Shown: positions 1 to 8,188 of the stretch, one piece after another
Numbering within the stretch: position 1 is the stretch's first letter
Layout of the letters: every line of letters begins with the position of its first letter
Source: a virus
Lineage: Duplodnaviria; Caudoviricetes
Virus record (IMG/VR): IMGVR_UViG_3300017655_000013
Coordinates: 1 to 38,800 of that record
Length of the DNA: 38,800 bases
Strand: one strand, 5' to 3'
Notes under the pieces: generated by a model
The model's input: only the letters and a program-made list of their open reading frames with translations
Databases searched by the model: none
Told to the model about the DNA's origin: nothing
Translations under genes and position numbers: made by a program

Positions 1-121
1 CATGAACACCAGTTCTTCGTCGCTGAAGCGAAAGCGGAAATCGGAGAAGAACGCCGCCTGGCCGCCCGCGACCAGTGACGGGTAGTTCATGAAGCTGCGA
101 GCCTCCGGTTCGTTCTCCAGC
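1..121 (-). other. flanking DNA, possibly a fragment of an interrupted host CDS
   Basis: Outside the TG end; a minus-strand frame stays open across the flank (LENEPEARSFMNYPSLVAGGQAAFFSDFRFRFSDEELVFM); no family recognised. Confidence 0.3.
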
Positions 122-163
122 TGATCCCAGGTGAGATAAATATAGGGGAGAAGTGCGAAAAAT
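122..163 (+). repeat. left end with two putative transposase-binding boxes
   Basis: TGATCCCAGGTGAGATAAAT: GATAAAT begins at end position 14, as in the reverse-complemented right end (TGTAGCGGCGCGCGATAAAT); boxes GTGAGATAAAT 131-141 and GTGCGAAAAAT 153-163 are 22 bp apart. Confidence 0.85.
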
Positions 164-165
164 GC

Positions 166-210
166 CGGGAAGAGCCGGGTTTCAGCGGGTCATCACGGGA
201 TGGGCCGGAA
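166..210. repeat. 10-bp phased CGGG[A/T] array
   Basis: CGGG at 166, 176, 186, 196 and CGGA at 206. Confidence 0.7.
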
Positions 211-212
211 AG

Positions 213-240
213 AATGTTGCGGATGACGCAACATTTGCCG
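213..240. promoter_or_regulatory. palindromic site AATGTTGCG-N5-CGCAACATT, related to sites at 10598 and 38605
   Basis: Perfect 9-bp inverted repeat; 14-bp exact match TGACGCAACATTTG with 10610-10623. Confidence 0.7.
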
Positions 241-268
241 GCAGGTCCGTCGCCAGCCTAGCGCGCCT

Positions 269-697
269 CTAGTAGAGGTCGCGCCAGGGGTTGTAGCCTT
301 CGCCGCCCTCGTTGTACCGAGCATCGTGCTCGCGCTCAAGGCGCAACCGCTCAGCGGGATCACTGACGTCCGGACGATACCGGTACCGATTCGCCTCGTC
401 GGCTTTGTGTCGCTCCCGCTCCCGTCGTTCGATCGCCTCCGTTGAAACGGCCTTATCGGCTGCTATCGCCGCGCGGAAGGCGCGCACGTCGGCAAAGACG
501 GACTCTGGCAGCGGATCGCCGCCCGGCTCATCGTTGCGCAAGTAGCGCGCGTAGAAGATCGCCCGATCGGCAACGGTGTCCATGACATAGTCGTCAGCAC
601 CGTGAAAGTAGGTATACCGTCCATCCGCGGACTGAACCTTGGCAGGTAGGCCGTTGTAAGTGCGCTCGGTAACTACGATCTCCATCGTCGTCTCCAT
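269..697 (-). CDS. hypothetical phage protein (C-terminal YNEGGEGYNPW motif)
   Basis: TGATG coupling to the upstream gene at 697; alternative ATG at 685 has a GGAG RBS. Confidence 0.75.
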   Translation of the reverse strand: METTMEIVVTERTYNGLPAKVQSADGRYTYFHGADDYVMDTVADRAIFYARYLRNDEPGGDPLPESVFADVRAFRAAIAADKAVSTEAIERRERERHKADEANRYRYRPDVSDPAERLRLEREHDARYNEGGEGYNPWRDLY

Positions 698-1119
698 CAC
701 AGCAGTTCGCCAACGAGCGCGCTGCACTGCTTCGAGCGATCGCGCAGCAGGCGGGCGAGATCGTCCCAAATCCCTTCCGGAATGCTCCGATCACACGCCG
801 CCCACTCGCGGACCCGCCGATCGCCTACCGACAACGCCCGAGCGAGGTCGGATTGCCACCTGTCGCCATAGAGCGCTTGCCCGACCCGCGCGAGCAGCGA
901 AGCGAAAATAGCGTCGTGGTCGTTGGACCGCACCGGCTCGCCGGTCGAATCGTCTACGATGCTGTGGTGCCGGCTGAACATCGTGCTGCGCACGACATCC
1001 TTGCCGTCGCGGTACTCCGTTAGCTCGCTTTGCTCATCAAAATGCCGCAGAGCCGCCCGCAGACTCTTGTGGGTGGACTCGACTGCGTCCGTCTCAACGT
1101 CGATTATCGAGTACGTCAT
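697..1119 (-). CDS. protein with C-terminal XRE-like HTH
   Basis: GQALYGDRWQSDLARALSVGDRRVREWAACDRSIP is HTH-like; AGGAG RBS upstream. Confidence 0.8.
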   Translation of the reverse strand: MTYSIIDVETDAVESTHKSLRAALRHFDEQSELTEYRDGKDVVRSTMFSRHHSIVDDSTGEPVRSNDHDAIFASLLARVGQALYGDRWQSDLARALSVGDRRVREWAACDRSIPEGIWDDLARLLRDRSKQCSALVGELL

Positions 1120-1164
1120 GGATAGGCTCCTCTAGCCTGCGTGGGCGGCCCGGTTGGCCATCCC

Positions 1165-1200
1165 TGGATATAGATTGCGCCTAGATTTAGGCGCAGTCAA
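1165..1200 (-). promoter_or_regulatory. putative promoter with palindromic operator TGCGCCTA-GATT-TAGGCGCA
   Basis: Perfect 8-bp inverted repeat 1176-1195 next to a minus-strand TTGACT (-35-like); the -10 assignment is uncertain. Confidence 0.55.
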
Positions 1201-1202
1201 CA

Positions 1203-1559
1203 CTAGTCGAACAGCCGGGCCTGGTAGAGGTTGACGTCGCGGAGGCGGGCGCGGGCCAGGAGCTTGCGGACGCCGCGCTCGCTCATGCCGCTGCGGTCGG
1301 CGAGCTCGGCGACGGTGGCGCCCCGCCGGTGCGCTTCCAACATTTCCCGATCGCGGCCGGCGAGCTTGTACGCGTAGTCCTTCGGGTAGCTGATGACCTG
1401 TCCGCCCCAATGCTCTGCGAAGTGATCCGCGATCATCCCGCCCAGCTGCTCGGCCTTGTCCTTCGGCGTGCCGGGCAGGACGTCGGTCAACAGCTGCGCG
1501 GCTTGCGCGGCGAGGTCATCGAGCAGCTCGGCCCGACGAATTGCCATGTCACCGGACAT
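1203..1559 (-). CDS. mor: Mor/C family transcription activator
   Basis: HWGGQVISYPK, RDREM and C-terminal HTH (TVAELADRSGMSERGVRKLL) are typical of the Mor family; last gene of the early/middle arm. Confidence 0.9.
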   Translation of the reverse strand: MSGDMAIRRAELLDDLAAQAAQLLTDVLPGTPKDKAEQLGGMIADHFAEHWGGQVISYPKDYAYKLAGRDREMLEAHRRGATVAELADRSGMSERGVRKLLARARLRDVNLYQARLFD

Positions 1560-2136
1560 GCTTGGCCCTCTCTTCCGCGCACCGGCGGTCGTACTCGGCC
1601 TGGTCGATCTGCTGGTAGTCCCGGAGCATGCGCAGATGCGCCAGGGCGGCTTGTAGCGGGTCTTCTCGCGGCGCCTCGGGGCTCGGGCCGGCACGGGTGC
1701 CGGTCGGCGCTGTAGGCGCTCCTGCGCGCGCTCCGTGTGCGTTTCCGGCGTCCTGGCCGGCCAGGTCGAACACGACGACGCGCAGGTAGTTGTGATTGTC
1801 GAGCGGGAGACCAGACGGCGGCCGCGCGACCATCTGCTCGATGCCGGCGACCCACGCGGCTGGCGGCGCGGCGCGCCGAATCTTGGATCGCTCGTCTGCG
1901 CAAACCGTGCCTTCCTCGATCAGCGCCGCCAGCGCCGCGACGAGCTTGGTCGCGCGGGAAAGGCGGAGCTCCGTCTTAGGCGGCTTGAACAGACCCAGGT
2001 AGCCCACGACGGCACGCGCGACCGGCGGCGGCAGCCGGCCCATGGCCGCTCCGAAGCGCTTGCCGTCGTCCTCCGCAAAGCCGGCAGCCAGTGGCTGCCG
2101 CGCGCCGCAGTGGCAGCACGTCGTCGTGAGCGACAT
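1549..2136 (-). CDS. conserved Mu-like phage protein with N-terminal CxxC
   Basis: CCHCGA, YLGLFKPPKT and PLDNHNYL motifs; adjacent to mor. Confidence 0.8.
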   Translation of the reverse strand: MSLTTTCCHCGARQPLAAGFAEDDGKRFGAAMGRLPPPVARAVVGYLGLFKPPKTELRLSRATKLVAALAALIEEGTVCADERSKIRRAAPPAAWVAGIEQMVARPPSGLPLDNHNYLRVVVFDLAGQDAGNAHGARAGAPTAPTGTRAGPSPEAPREDPLQAALAHLRMLRDYQQIDQAEYDRRCAEERAKHVR

Positions 2137-2330
2137 CAGTCGACGCCTCCGACCTGTACGGGCTCGTGCTTACGCCGCTCGTGGTTCGTGCCGGCGAAGA
2201 AGGCGCTTTTCAGCATGTCGTGGACGCGGCCCTGGCGATTCGGCGCCATCTGCGCGACCTCGTCTGCAAAGCGATTGCGCCAGATCGCTTGCCATGCCCG
2301 CTTACGCTCCGCGATTTCCTCGGGATGCAT
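2136..2330 (-). CDS. hypothetical protein
   Basis: 64 aa, tightly coupled to its neighbours. Confidence 0.65.
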   Translation of the reverse strand: MHPEEIAERKRAWQAIWRNRFADEVAQMAPNRQGRVHDMLKSAFFAGTNHERRKHEPVQVGGVD

Positions 2331-2332
2331 GA

Positions 2333-2689
2333 CTACGACCCTTCGCGCACGCCGGCGAGCGCGGCGTCAATGCGCTGCAGCGCGGTCTCGACCTGGCCGA
2401 CATAGTCGGGGCCAACCTCACCGGACGCGTGCCGCGCAATCGCCCCTCGGCAGATGTAGCCGCCGTCGCAAGCGGCGTTGTTCGCCAGCTCGGCGGCCGG
2501 ACGCCTGATCGTCTTGGCCGCCGCGATCAGGTCATCGACGGCGGCATCGCGAGCCCGGCGCTCGATCAGTTCGGCCGCCATCGACTGGACGACATCCAGG
2601 GCAAATAGTTTGGCCCGCCGGTTAGCCCCAAGGGCATCTTCGACGCGGCGTTTGATGGCCTCGACATCCACCGGCTTCTGCGCGCTCAT
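2333..2689 (-). CDS. hypothetical protein
   Basis: ATG (MSAQKPV) overlaps the gemA stop (ATGA). Confidence 0.7.
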   Translation of the reverse strand: MSAQKPVDVEAIKRRVEDALGANRRAKLFALDVVQSMAAELIERRARDAAVDDLIAAAKTIRRPAAELANNAACDGGYICRGAIARHASGEVGPDYVGQVETALQRIDAALAGVREGS

Positions 2690-3324
2690 GCCATGTCCTC
2701 CTGTATCAGTCGCTCGCGTAGGCGCTCGTTGATGCGCTCCATCAGCGCGCGCGAACGCCTCCACCAGCGCGGCAGGTCGCTGGTCATCGCGTCGATGTCG
2801 CGACAACGGAGCTTGAGCGCGGCCGTGAGCCGGTCGAACTCGGCGGTCTGCGCGCGCTTGATCTGCTCGACATCGAGCGCGGCGACGATCGCGCGCAGCT
2901 GGTCTTTTTTGCACCACGCAACGAACGGGACGCCGAACATGCGCTTTGCGATCGCGTCCGCGTACGCCCAGGCCAAGCCCATGCTCGCCAGCTGCGCCTC
3001 GATCTTGGCAATCTCGTCCGGAAGCTGGGCGAAGTTCCGCGGCTTGCCGGGGTAGCGCTTTCCCGACCGCGGCTGTGGGTCGTCGTCGATATCCGCGCCC
3101 TTGCTGCGCAGCTCCTCGATGACCGCACTTCGCTGCGACGGCGTCATGTCCGCGCTGCTGTCACACGCATCGCCGTGCGCGACGGAAACGCGCCGCAGCA
3201 GCGCCCGATAGGTGTCCTCGTCAATGCGCAACTGCGTGCGGCCGACGTGGATCGCAGTGATCTGCTGACGGCGCCGCGCGGCGGCGGCAGACACGACCTT
3301 GGGGCTCTTGGTTCGGGCGCTCAT
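2686..3324 (-). CDS. gemA: GemA / Mu gp16 family (DUF1018) protein
   Basis: ITAIHVGRTQLRIDEDTYRALL, SSADMT, KIEAQL and WAYADAIAKRMFGV motifs; ATGA coupling. Confidence 0.9.
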   Translation of the reverse strand: MSARTKSPKVVSAAAARRRQQITAIHVGRTQLRIDEDTYRALLRRVSVAHGDACDSSADMTPSQRSAVIEELRSKGADIDDDPQPRSGKRYPGKPRNFAQLPDEIAKIEAQLASMGLAWAYADAIAKRMFGVPFVAWCKKDQLRAIVAALDVEQIKRAQTAEFDRLTAALKLRCRDIDAMTSDLPRWWRRSRALMERINERLRERLIQEDMA

Positions 3325-3575
3325 TTCCCGCGCTCCCGGCCCTTGAGGCGCGGAATGCGCTGCGACCCGATGCGCGACACACGCAGCTCGAACTCGATCA
3401 CCGCCGCGGCCTGTCCGCGGACCGGGTCCAGGGTGAATCGGGTGAACGTCCGCCCGTCGCGGAGCCCCTTCAACACGACCAGCCATAGGTCGTTCGCGAA
3501 GAGGTACTCGTTGGCTCTGAGCGGCACGTCGACGCCATCGGGCACGCCGGATGATTTTGCGCGGGTCGTGCTCAT
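3321..3575 (-). CDS. hypothetical protein
   Basis: 84 aa, ATGA-coupled on both sides. Confidence 0.7.
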   Translation of the reverse strand: MSTTRAKSSGVPDGVDVPLRANEYLFANDLWLVVLKGLRDGRTFTRFTLDPVRGQAAAVIEFELRVSRIGSQRIPRLKGRERGK

Positions 3576-3925
3576 GGCCGGACACGCTCCAGGTCCGCAG
3601 CGTCGAAACTCGGAACGTCACACCAAGCGAGGGTGATCCCGTGAGCTCGATCCGGCGGCCAGCCCTCGGACTCGTCCAGCTCACGCTGCGCGAGCTCGAT
3701 GCTCTCGTACGCGAGATAGTGCTGGAGGAAGACCAACGCGGCACGGCGCGCCGCGGCTTCGATGGGATCATCATCGGCGGCGGCCAGCACCGCGTCGGCT
3801 CCCGTCCAGAAGCGATTGATCTCATGAGCGAGCTCAGCCGTGAGCTTCGAGAGGTCTACATCAAGCGCCACGGTCAGGTCCATGCCGGTCGCGAATATGA
3901 ATCGCTTCTTTTCAGCGGTTGACAT
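3572..3925 (-). CDS. DUF2528-like phage protein
   Basis: EINRFW and ESEGWP motifs; start MSTAEKKRF. Confidence 0.7.
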   Translation of the reverse strand: MSTAEKKRFIFATGMDLTVALDVDLSKLTAELAHEINRFWTGADAVLAAADDDPIEAAARRAALVFLQHYLAYESIELAQRELDESEGWPPDRAHGITLAWCDVPSFDAADLERVRP

Positions 3926-4544
3926 CGGTCTCGACCTCGCGTGGGATGAAATCGGGCCGCGGCGGAACGACGACGTTGTCGTTGTCGCTGGCACTGAAAT
4001 GGACCGCCATCGCCCACTGGTACGCTTCAATTCGCTGCTCCGGCGACCATGTGGCGACGACCGCTTCGGTTGGGTCTGTGTCGGCGACGAGCAGCAGTGC
4101 GGTGACAACCACGGGGACCGATGGAACGGTGACCAGTTCGAGCGCGAACGTGCGCTTCGCGGCCTGCGCGTAGCCGGCGGCGTCGAGCAGCTCTTCCGTC
4201 ATGTGGTCGAGCCAGGCCGGCAGCGAAAGGTCGCGCCGGTCCAGGCTGGTGCCGTACTTCTTGCGACCGGCAGCGTCGCGCCGGCGCAGCAGCTGGACTA
4301 GATGCCCAGTGACCTCGGAAACATCGCTCGCCTCGGCCGGCGGGAGACCGCCCTTCGGCAGGAAAGGCGGCACGCCTACCGCGTCCGCCGCCATCGGCTC
4401 GACCGAAAGCCGGATCAGCTGCTGCCGAATCTGCCAACACAGGTCCGTGCCGGGCGTCTGCGCTCCGTCCGGCCCTTCCCACTGCGGCGCAATCTGGTCG
4501 AAGTAATCGGCCAAGCCTTGCAGGTACTCGCGCGTCAGTTCCAT
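3912..4544 (-). CDS. multi-domain protein with a possible all-alpha NTP-pyrophosphohydrolase-like segment
   Basis: RDAAGRKKYGTSLDRRDLSLPAWLDHMTEELLDAAGY (GxxKYG...EExxD); separate C-terminal WxxEQR...HFSASDN...PPRP module. Confidence 0.65.
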   Translation of the reverse strand: MELTREYLQGLADYFDQIAPQWEGPDGAQTPGTDLCWQIRQQLIRLSVEPMAADAVGVPPFLPKGGLPPAEASDVSEVTGHLVQLLRRRDAAGRKKYGTSLDRRDLSLPAWLDHMTEELLDAAGYAQAAKRTFALELVTVPSVPVVVTALLLVADTDPTEAVVATWSPEQRIEAYQWAMAVHFSASDNDNVVVPPRPDFIPREVETDVNR

Positions 4545-4912
4545 GGCGCGCCTCCGGCGGTTGTGAACCGGTTCCGCCGACAGTCGAGAGCGACGAACGG
4601 CTCGTCGTCCGGCAACTGGTCGAACAGCACCAGGCCGCACTCGGCGTAGCCGCCGATGTGGAACCCGCCGCGCGTAACGTGCAGCACGACGTGTCCATCG
4701 GTGCGGGGCGGCCGATAGCCGTACGCGAGCACGGTCGGGTCGATCGCGCAGTCGATCATCACGACCCCGGTGCTCGTCGGCGCGTAGAACGTGTGCGCCG
4801 TGAGCTGGCAGCCGGTCCACGACTCGATGTACGCGTCGCGGTACACGGCGACGCCAGCGGCGCTTGCCGACGACGTCGCGAACAGCATGAAAACCAAGAC
4901 CAAGGCACGCAT
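4535..4912 (-). CDS. putative exported protein (signal peptide, 4 Cys)
   Basis: MRALVLVFMLFATSSASA is a Sec-type signal ending in AxA. Confidence 0.7.
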   Translation of the reverse strand: MRALVLVFMLFATSSASAAGVAVYRDAYIESWTGCQLTAHTFYAPTSTGVVMIDCAIDPTVLAYGYRPPRTDGHVVLHVTRGGFHIGGYAECGLVLFDQLPDDEPFVALDCRRNRFTTAGGAPWN

Positions 4913-5400
4913 CACTTGACCTCCACGGGCAGGCAGAAACGACGCGGACGCGGGTAGTTGGCAACGCCGAGCTCGCTGTACATCGTCCCCCAGCTCATGC
5001 CGACGACGTGTTGGCAACAGCCGGAAAGATCGAACAGGACGAACGCATCGGCCGGTGGGTCCGGATCGACGCCTGGCGTCAGCCACGGGCCGAACGACGG
5101 CGGCCGCGTCGCCTCGGCGCATCGCGCGTCGAGCAGCCGGACGCGATGCGCGCCGCTCGCCTCAGTGCGCAGCTCGGCCAGGCCGCGCATGAGCAGCCAG
5201 TCGATCGCCATGCGAAGCGCCAGGCCGGCGTCGGCCAGCGTCTCGACTTCGCCGCCTGCGTCGTGGCTGAGTCCGAAGTCGCGCGTCTCCTCATGCTCGA
5301 TGCCGAGCCCGACCAGATCGTTGAGCGCGGCCTCGTCAGCCATGGCGTACGCACGTTGCGTCAGGCCGTCCACGTGGAAGCAAACCTCGTTCGTGCGCAT
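4912..5400 (-). CDS. hypothetical protein
   Basis: Start MRTNEV follows the DUF3164 stop, with GGAG RBS. Confidence 0.7.
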   Translation of the reverse strand: MRTNEVCFHVDGLTQRAYAMADEAALNDLVGLGIEHEETRDFGLSHDAGGEVETLADAGLALRMAIDWLLMRGLAELRTEASGAHRVRLLDARCAEATRPPSFGPWLTPGVDPDPPADAFVLFDLSGCCQHVVGMSWGTMYSELGVANYPRPRRFCLPVEVK

Positions 5401-5401
5401 G

Positions 5402-6016
5402 TCAGGCTCCCGCGATGTCGAGAGCGATCGGGCGGTACTCGCCGGTGGCATCGTCGCGCTCGTACACGCGGACGTAGCTTTTGCTGCCGACGACCTGCAC
5501 GGCCTCACTGATCGCCAGCATGGCCCGCTGCCAGCGGTCGTCAGCAATATCAAGGCGCCGCAACGCCAGCACGCTGCCCGTGCGGATGTTGCCCTGCTGG
5601 TCGACGCGGAATGCGTCAGCGATCAACGTGCGGAGCTCCGCACGCGCACCTTCGGTCCAGTCACGAAGGCACTCGTCGATCAGCTCCTTTGCCGCCTGCA
5701 GGCGCTCATCGAACACGATGCTTTCAGCGATCGCGCGCACCACCTTGTAGCGGCCGTCGAACGAGAGCAGCGAGACGTTGCCCTTCTGGCCGCCGAGGGA
5801 GACGCCATACTGCTCGGCGCTGAGAGCAACGAATGCCTCGATGTCGCCGAAGGCCCGGCTCTTGTAGTTTCGGAGCGTGTCCCGGGCATTGCGCGCGCCC
5901 TTGACCAGTTCCGCGACGAGCTGGTCGCGGGCCAGGTCGATCGGCTTAATCATGGTCTCCGCGACCAGGCGCCCCTGGGTGTCCTCGCGGAAGCCGTCCG
6001 GTACGGGCTTATTCAT
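5402..6016 (-). CDS. DUF3164 family protein
   Basis: DxQGRLV...IKPIDLARD, GGQKGNVSLLSFDG, FDERLQAAKELIDECL and SKSYVRVYER motifs; AAGGAG RBS; a second in-frame start lies at 6127. Confidence 0.92.
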   Translation of the reverse strand: MNKPVPDGFREDTQGRLVAETMIKPIDLARDQLVAELVKGARNARDTLRNYKSRAFGDIEAFVALSAEQYGVSLGGQKGNVSLLSFDGRYKVVRAIAESIVFDERLQAAKELIDECLRDWTEGARAELRTLIADAFRVDQQGNIRTGSVLALRRLDIADDRWQRAMLAISEAVQVVGSKSYVRVYERDDATGEYRPIALDIAGA

Positions 6017-6114
6017 TTCGATGCTCCTTGTTGGCTGGGCGCGCGTGCAGATGTCGCGCAGGGTGTCTCGGTACCGCTCGCCCACGCAGGGCGGCAGCTC
6101 GTCCTCGTCGTCGA

Positions 6115-6411
6115 TCAGGTGGGCCATGGGCGCGCCTCCAGCTGCTCGGTCCATTCGATGCGCGCGCCGAGGAACTTCGCCATGCAGAGCCGCTCATGGT
6201 CGCGGCCGATCCGCCGCGTCACGCGCGACACCACGCCGACCTGCGGCGGCGGTCGATCGACGCGCAGCACGGCGATGCCGCCGTCGATCTGCACGTCGAG
6301 CACCGTTGCGCCGGTGTCGTTGAGCGCGTACAGCGCGCCCAGCGCCTTGCACAGGCCGGCCTTGACCACGTCGTTGCCGGCGAGCATTGGCAGGGCTACA
6401 GTGGCGCTCAC
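6115..6411 (-). CDS. hypothetical protein
   Basis: 98 aa, GTGA-coupled; ends GARIEW. Confidence 0.7.
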   Translation of the reverse strand: MSATVALPMLAGNDVVKAGLCKALGALYALNDTGATVLDVQIDGGIAVLRVDRPPPQVGVVSRVTRRIGRDHERLCMAKFLGARIEWTEQLEARPWPT

Positions 6412-6740
6412 GGCGTCACCCGCGCGTACAGGCTGCTCGGAGCCCTAGTCATCGCGTGCGTCGGGTCGGGCAGGAGCGAAGGCAGGCAGGTCACGGCGAC
6501 CGGCTGGTCGTCAGCATCGAGCGCTACCCAGCAGGAAGCGCCCGCGTCGTCGAACCTGACGAGCTTCGCCGCCGCCGCCGCCGGTGTCGGCACCGCGGGG
6601 CCGGCATCGGAGACCAGCGTCGAGGCCGGCCCCGAGCAGCGGCCGAGTACGAACACGACAGGCAGCATGCAGAGCAGCGGAATCGTGCGCCAACGCGGCA
6701 CGACGTCCCTTGCGCGTGAGCGGTAGCCGGTGTCGGCCAT
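6408..6740 (-). CDS. hypothetical membrane-anchored protein
   Basis: Hydrophobic stretch IPLLCMLPVVFVLG; directly follows the ATPase gene. Confidence 0.65.
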   Translation of the reverse strand: MADTGYRSRARDVVPRWRTIPLLCMLPVVFVLGRCSGPASTLVSDAGPAVPTPAAAAAKLVRFDDAGASCWVALDADDQPVAVTCLPSLLPDPTHAMTRAPSSLYARVTP

Positions 6741-6741
6741 G

Positions 6742-7923
6742 TCACACCCCCTTCACGACGTCCGCGCTGACGCGCGGCAGGCCGAGCTCGGCGGCGATGT
6801 TGATCGCTGCGGCGAGGACGTTGTTCACGGCCTGCGGGTAGAGCAGCGAACTCGCATTCCGCGAGTCCTGCTTTTGGTCGGTCGCCAGGCGCACGCGAAT
6901 CGCCTCGACCGCGCCGGTGTCGAGCACGCGCGCGATCGGTGTGCCGGCCCGCTCGAAGCGATGCTTGAGGTACGCCTCCAGATCGGCGTTCAGCGGCTGC
7001 AACGTCACAAGCTCGATGCGCTGCACGACTTCGCGCACGTTGGGGTCGTTCTCGTTGAGCTTGAGCGCGAGCTCCGGCTGCCCGAGCAGGATGATGGACA
7101 GCAGGGGCCGCAGGCCGTGCTCCAGCTCCAAGAAGCGCTTAAGGTGCTTCAGCGTCGGGATCGGCAGAGAGTGAGCCTCTTCGATCAGCAGCGTGTGCTG
7201 GAAGCCCGCGCGGCTCGATTCGCGCAGTGTCTTGTGCAGTTGACGGAACCGCGCGTCCTGCGACGAACGCACCGGCTCCAGCGGCGCGACCGTCGCCATG
7301 ATGGCGTCGGCGATGTGCTGCGATTTGAGCGTCTTTCCGCGGGTGTCGTTGTCCTCCATCGCGAGCACGTATGGCTCGATGACGTGTACCGGCAGCTTCT
7401 CCCGCTGGATGCGCTCCATCAGCTCCTTACGGAGCGTCGATTTGCCGGCACCGCTTTCGCCGACGATGCCCATGAATCCGCCGTGGCGGACGGCGTCCCA
7501 CATCGCCTCGCGGACGTAGCGGATGTCGGTGGACAAGAAGACGTCCTCAACCGCCCGAACATCGGCGAGAGGGTCGCGCGAAAGCTCGAAGTGGCGGCGG
7601 GCGGCTTGGGTAATGACGTGCTTACGTAGTAGCATTTCGGCGGTCTCCTGCTGGTCATTGAGGGTCGGCTTGGGATCTGACGCCGTCGCGTTGCCGCGCG
7701 ACGGCGTCGCTTTTTCAGGGGTGAACAGCCCGGCGGCGTCGCCGCCGGCAGCGCGCACGAAGTCGGTGATGCGCCGCTCGATGGCCGTGCGATCCACGCC
7801 GAGCGGAAGATGTCCGTGGTTGAGGAAGCCGTTCAGCGCCGGCCGCGTGATGCCGGCCGCATCGGCAACGGCAGACTGCCGCAGCCCGATCTCGGCGAGC
7901 ATGGACTTGAGGCGCAGGCTCAT
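6742..7923 (-). CDS. transposition AAA+ ATPase (MuB-analogous, ExeA-like) with N-terminal HTH
   Basis: Walker A GESGAGKS, Walker B LLIEEAH, IILLGQPEL; N-terminal LRQSAVADAAGITRPALN HTH. Confidence 0.93.
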   Translation of the reverse strand: MSLRLKSMLAEIGLRQSAVADAAGITRPALNGFLNHGHLPLGVDRTAIERRITDFVRAAGGDAAGLFTPEKATPSRGNATASDPKPTLNDQQETAEMLLRKHVITQAARRHFELSRDPLADVRAVEDVFLSTDIRYVREAMWDAVRHGGFMGIVGESGAGKSTLRKELMERIQREKLPVHVIEPYVLAMEDNDTRGKTLKSQHIADAIMATVAPLEPVRSSQDARFRQLHKTLRESSRAGFQHTLLIEEAHSLPIPTLKHLKRFLELEHGLRPLLSIILLGQPELALKLNENDPNVREVVQRIELVTLQPLNADLEAYLKHRFERAGTPIARVLDTGAVEAIRVRLATDQKQDSRNASSLLYPQAVNNVLAAAINIAAELGLPRVSADVVKGV

Positions 7924-8159
7924 CGCGACCTCTCCGGCAGCTGCGGGCGCCGAACCTGTAGATGCAAATCGGCCGCATCGCGCTCGTAGTGGATGCCGAG
8001 GACGTCAAGCGCAGTCCGCGCGTGCCGGAAGCCTGTTGCCCGGTGCGTGCCGAATCGATCGGAGAGCTCGCGCGCGATGTCAGCAAGTAGGAAGGTCCGA
8101 CGACCGGCATGTCGTTGCACGATGAGAACAGCGCGCATCGCCAGCTCCGTCGTGGTCAT
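7920..8159 (-). CDS. small hypothetical protein (possible HTH)
   Basis: MTTTELAM start; IARELSDRFGTHRATGFRH; ATGA-coupled to the ATPase. Confidence 0.6.
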   Translation of the reverse strand: MTTTELAMRAVLIVQRHAGRRTFLLADIARELSDRFGTHRATGFRHARTALDVLGIHYERDAADLHLQVRRPQLPERSR

Positions 8160-8188
8160 GTCATGCGGCTTTCGGTTCTGGTTCCTGC

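Noticed and set aside
1338-1345. CAACATTT partial half-site inside mor
   Set aside because: Only 8 bp, no partner arm, explained by the codons for EML.
6742-7923. ExeA-like ATPase as a type II secretion component
   Set aside because: Its position beside the transposase and its HTH identify it as the phage transposition ATPase.
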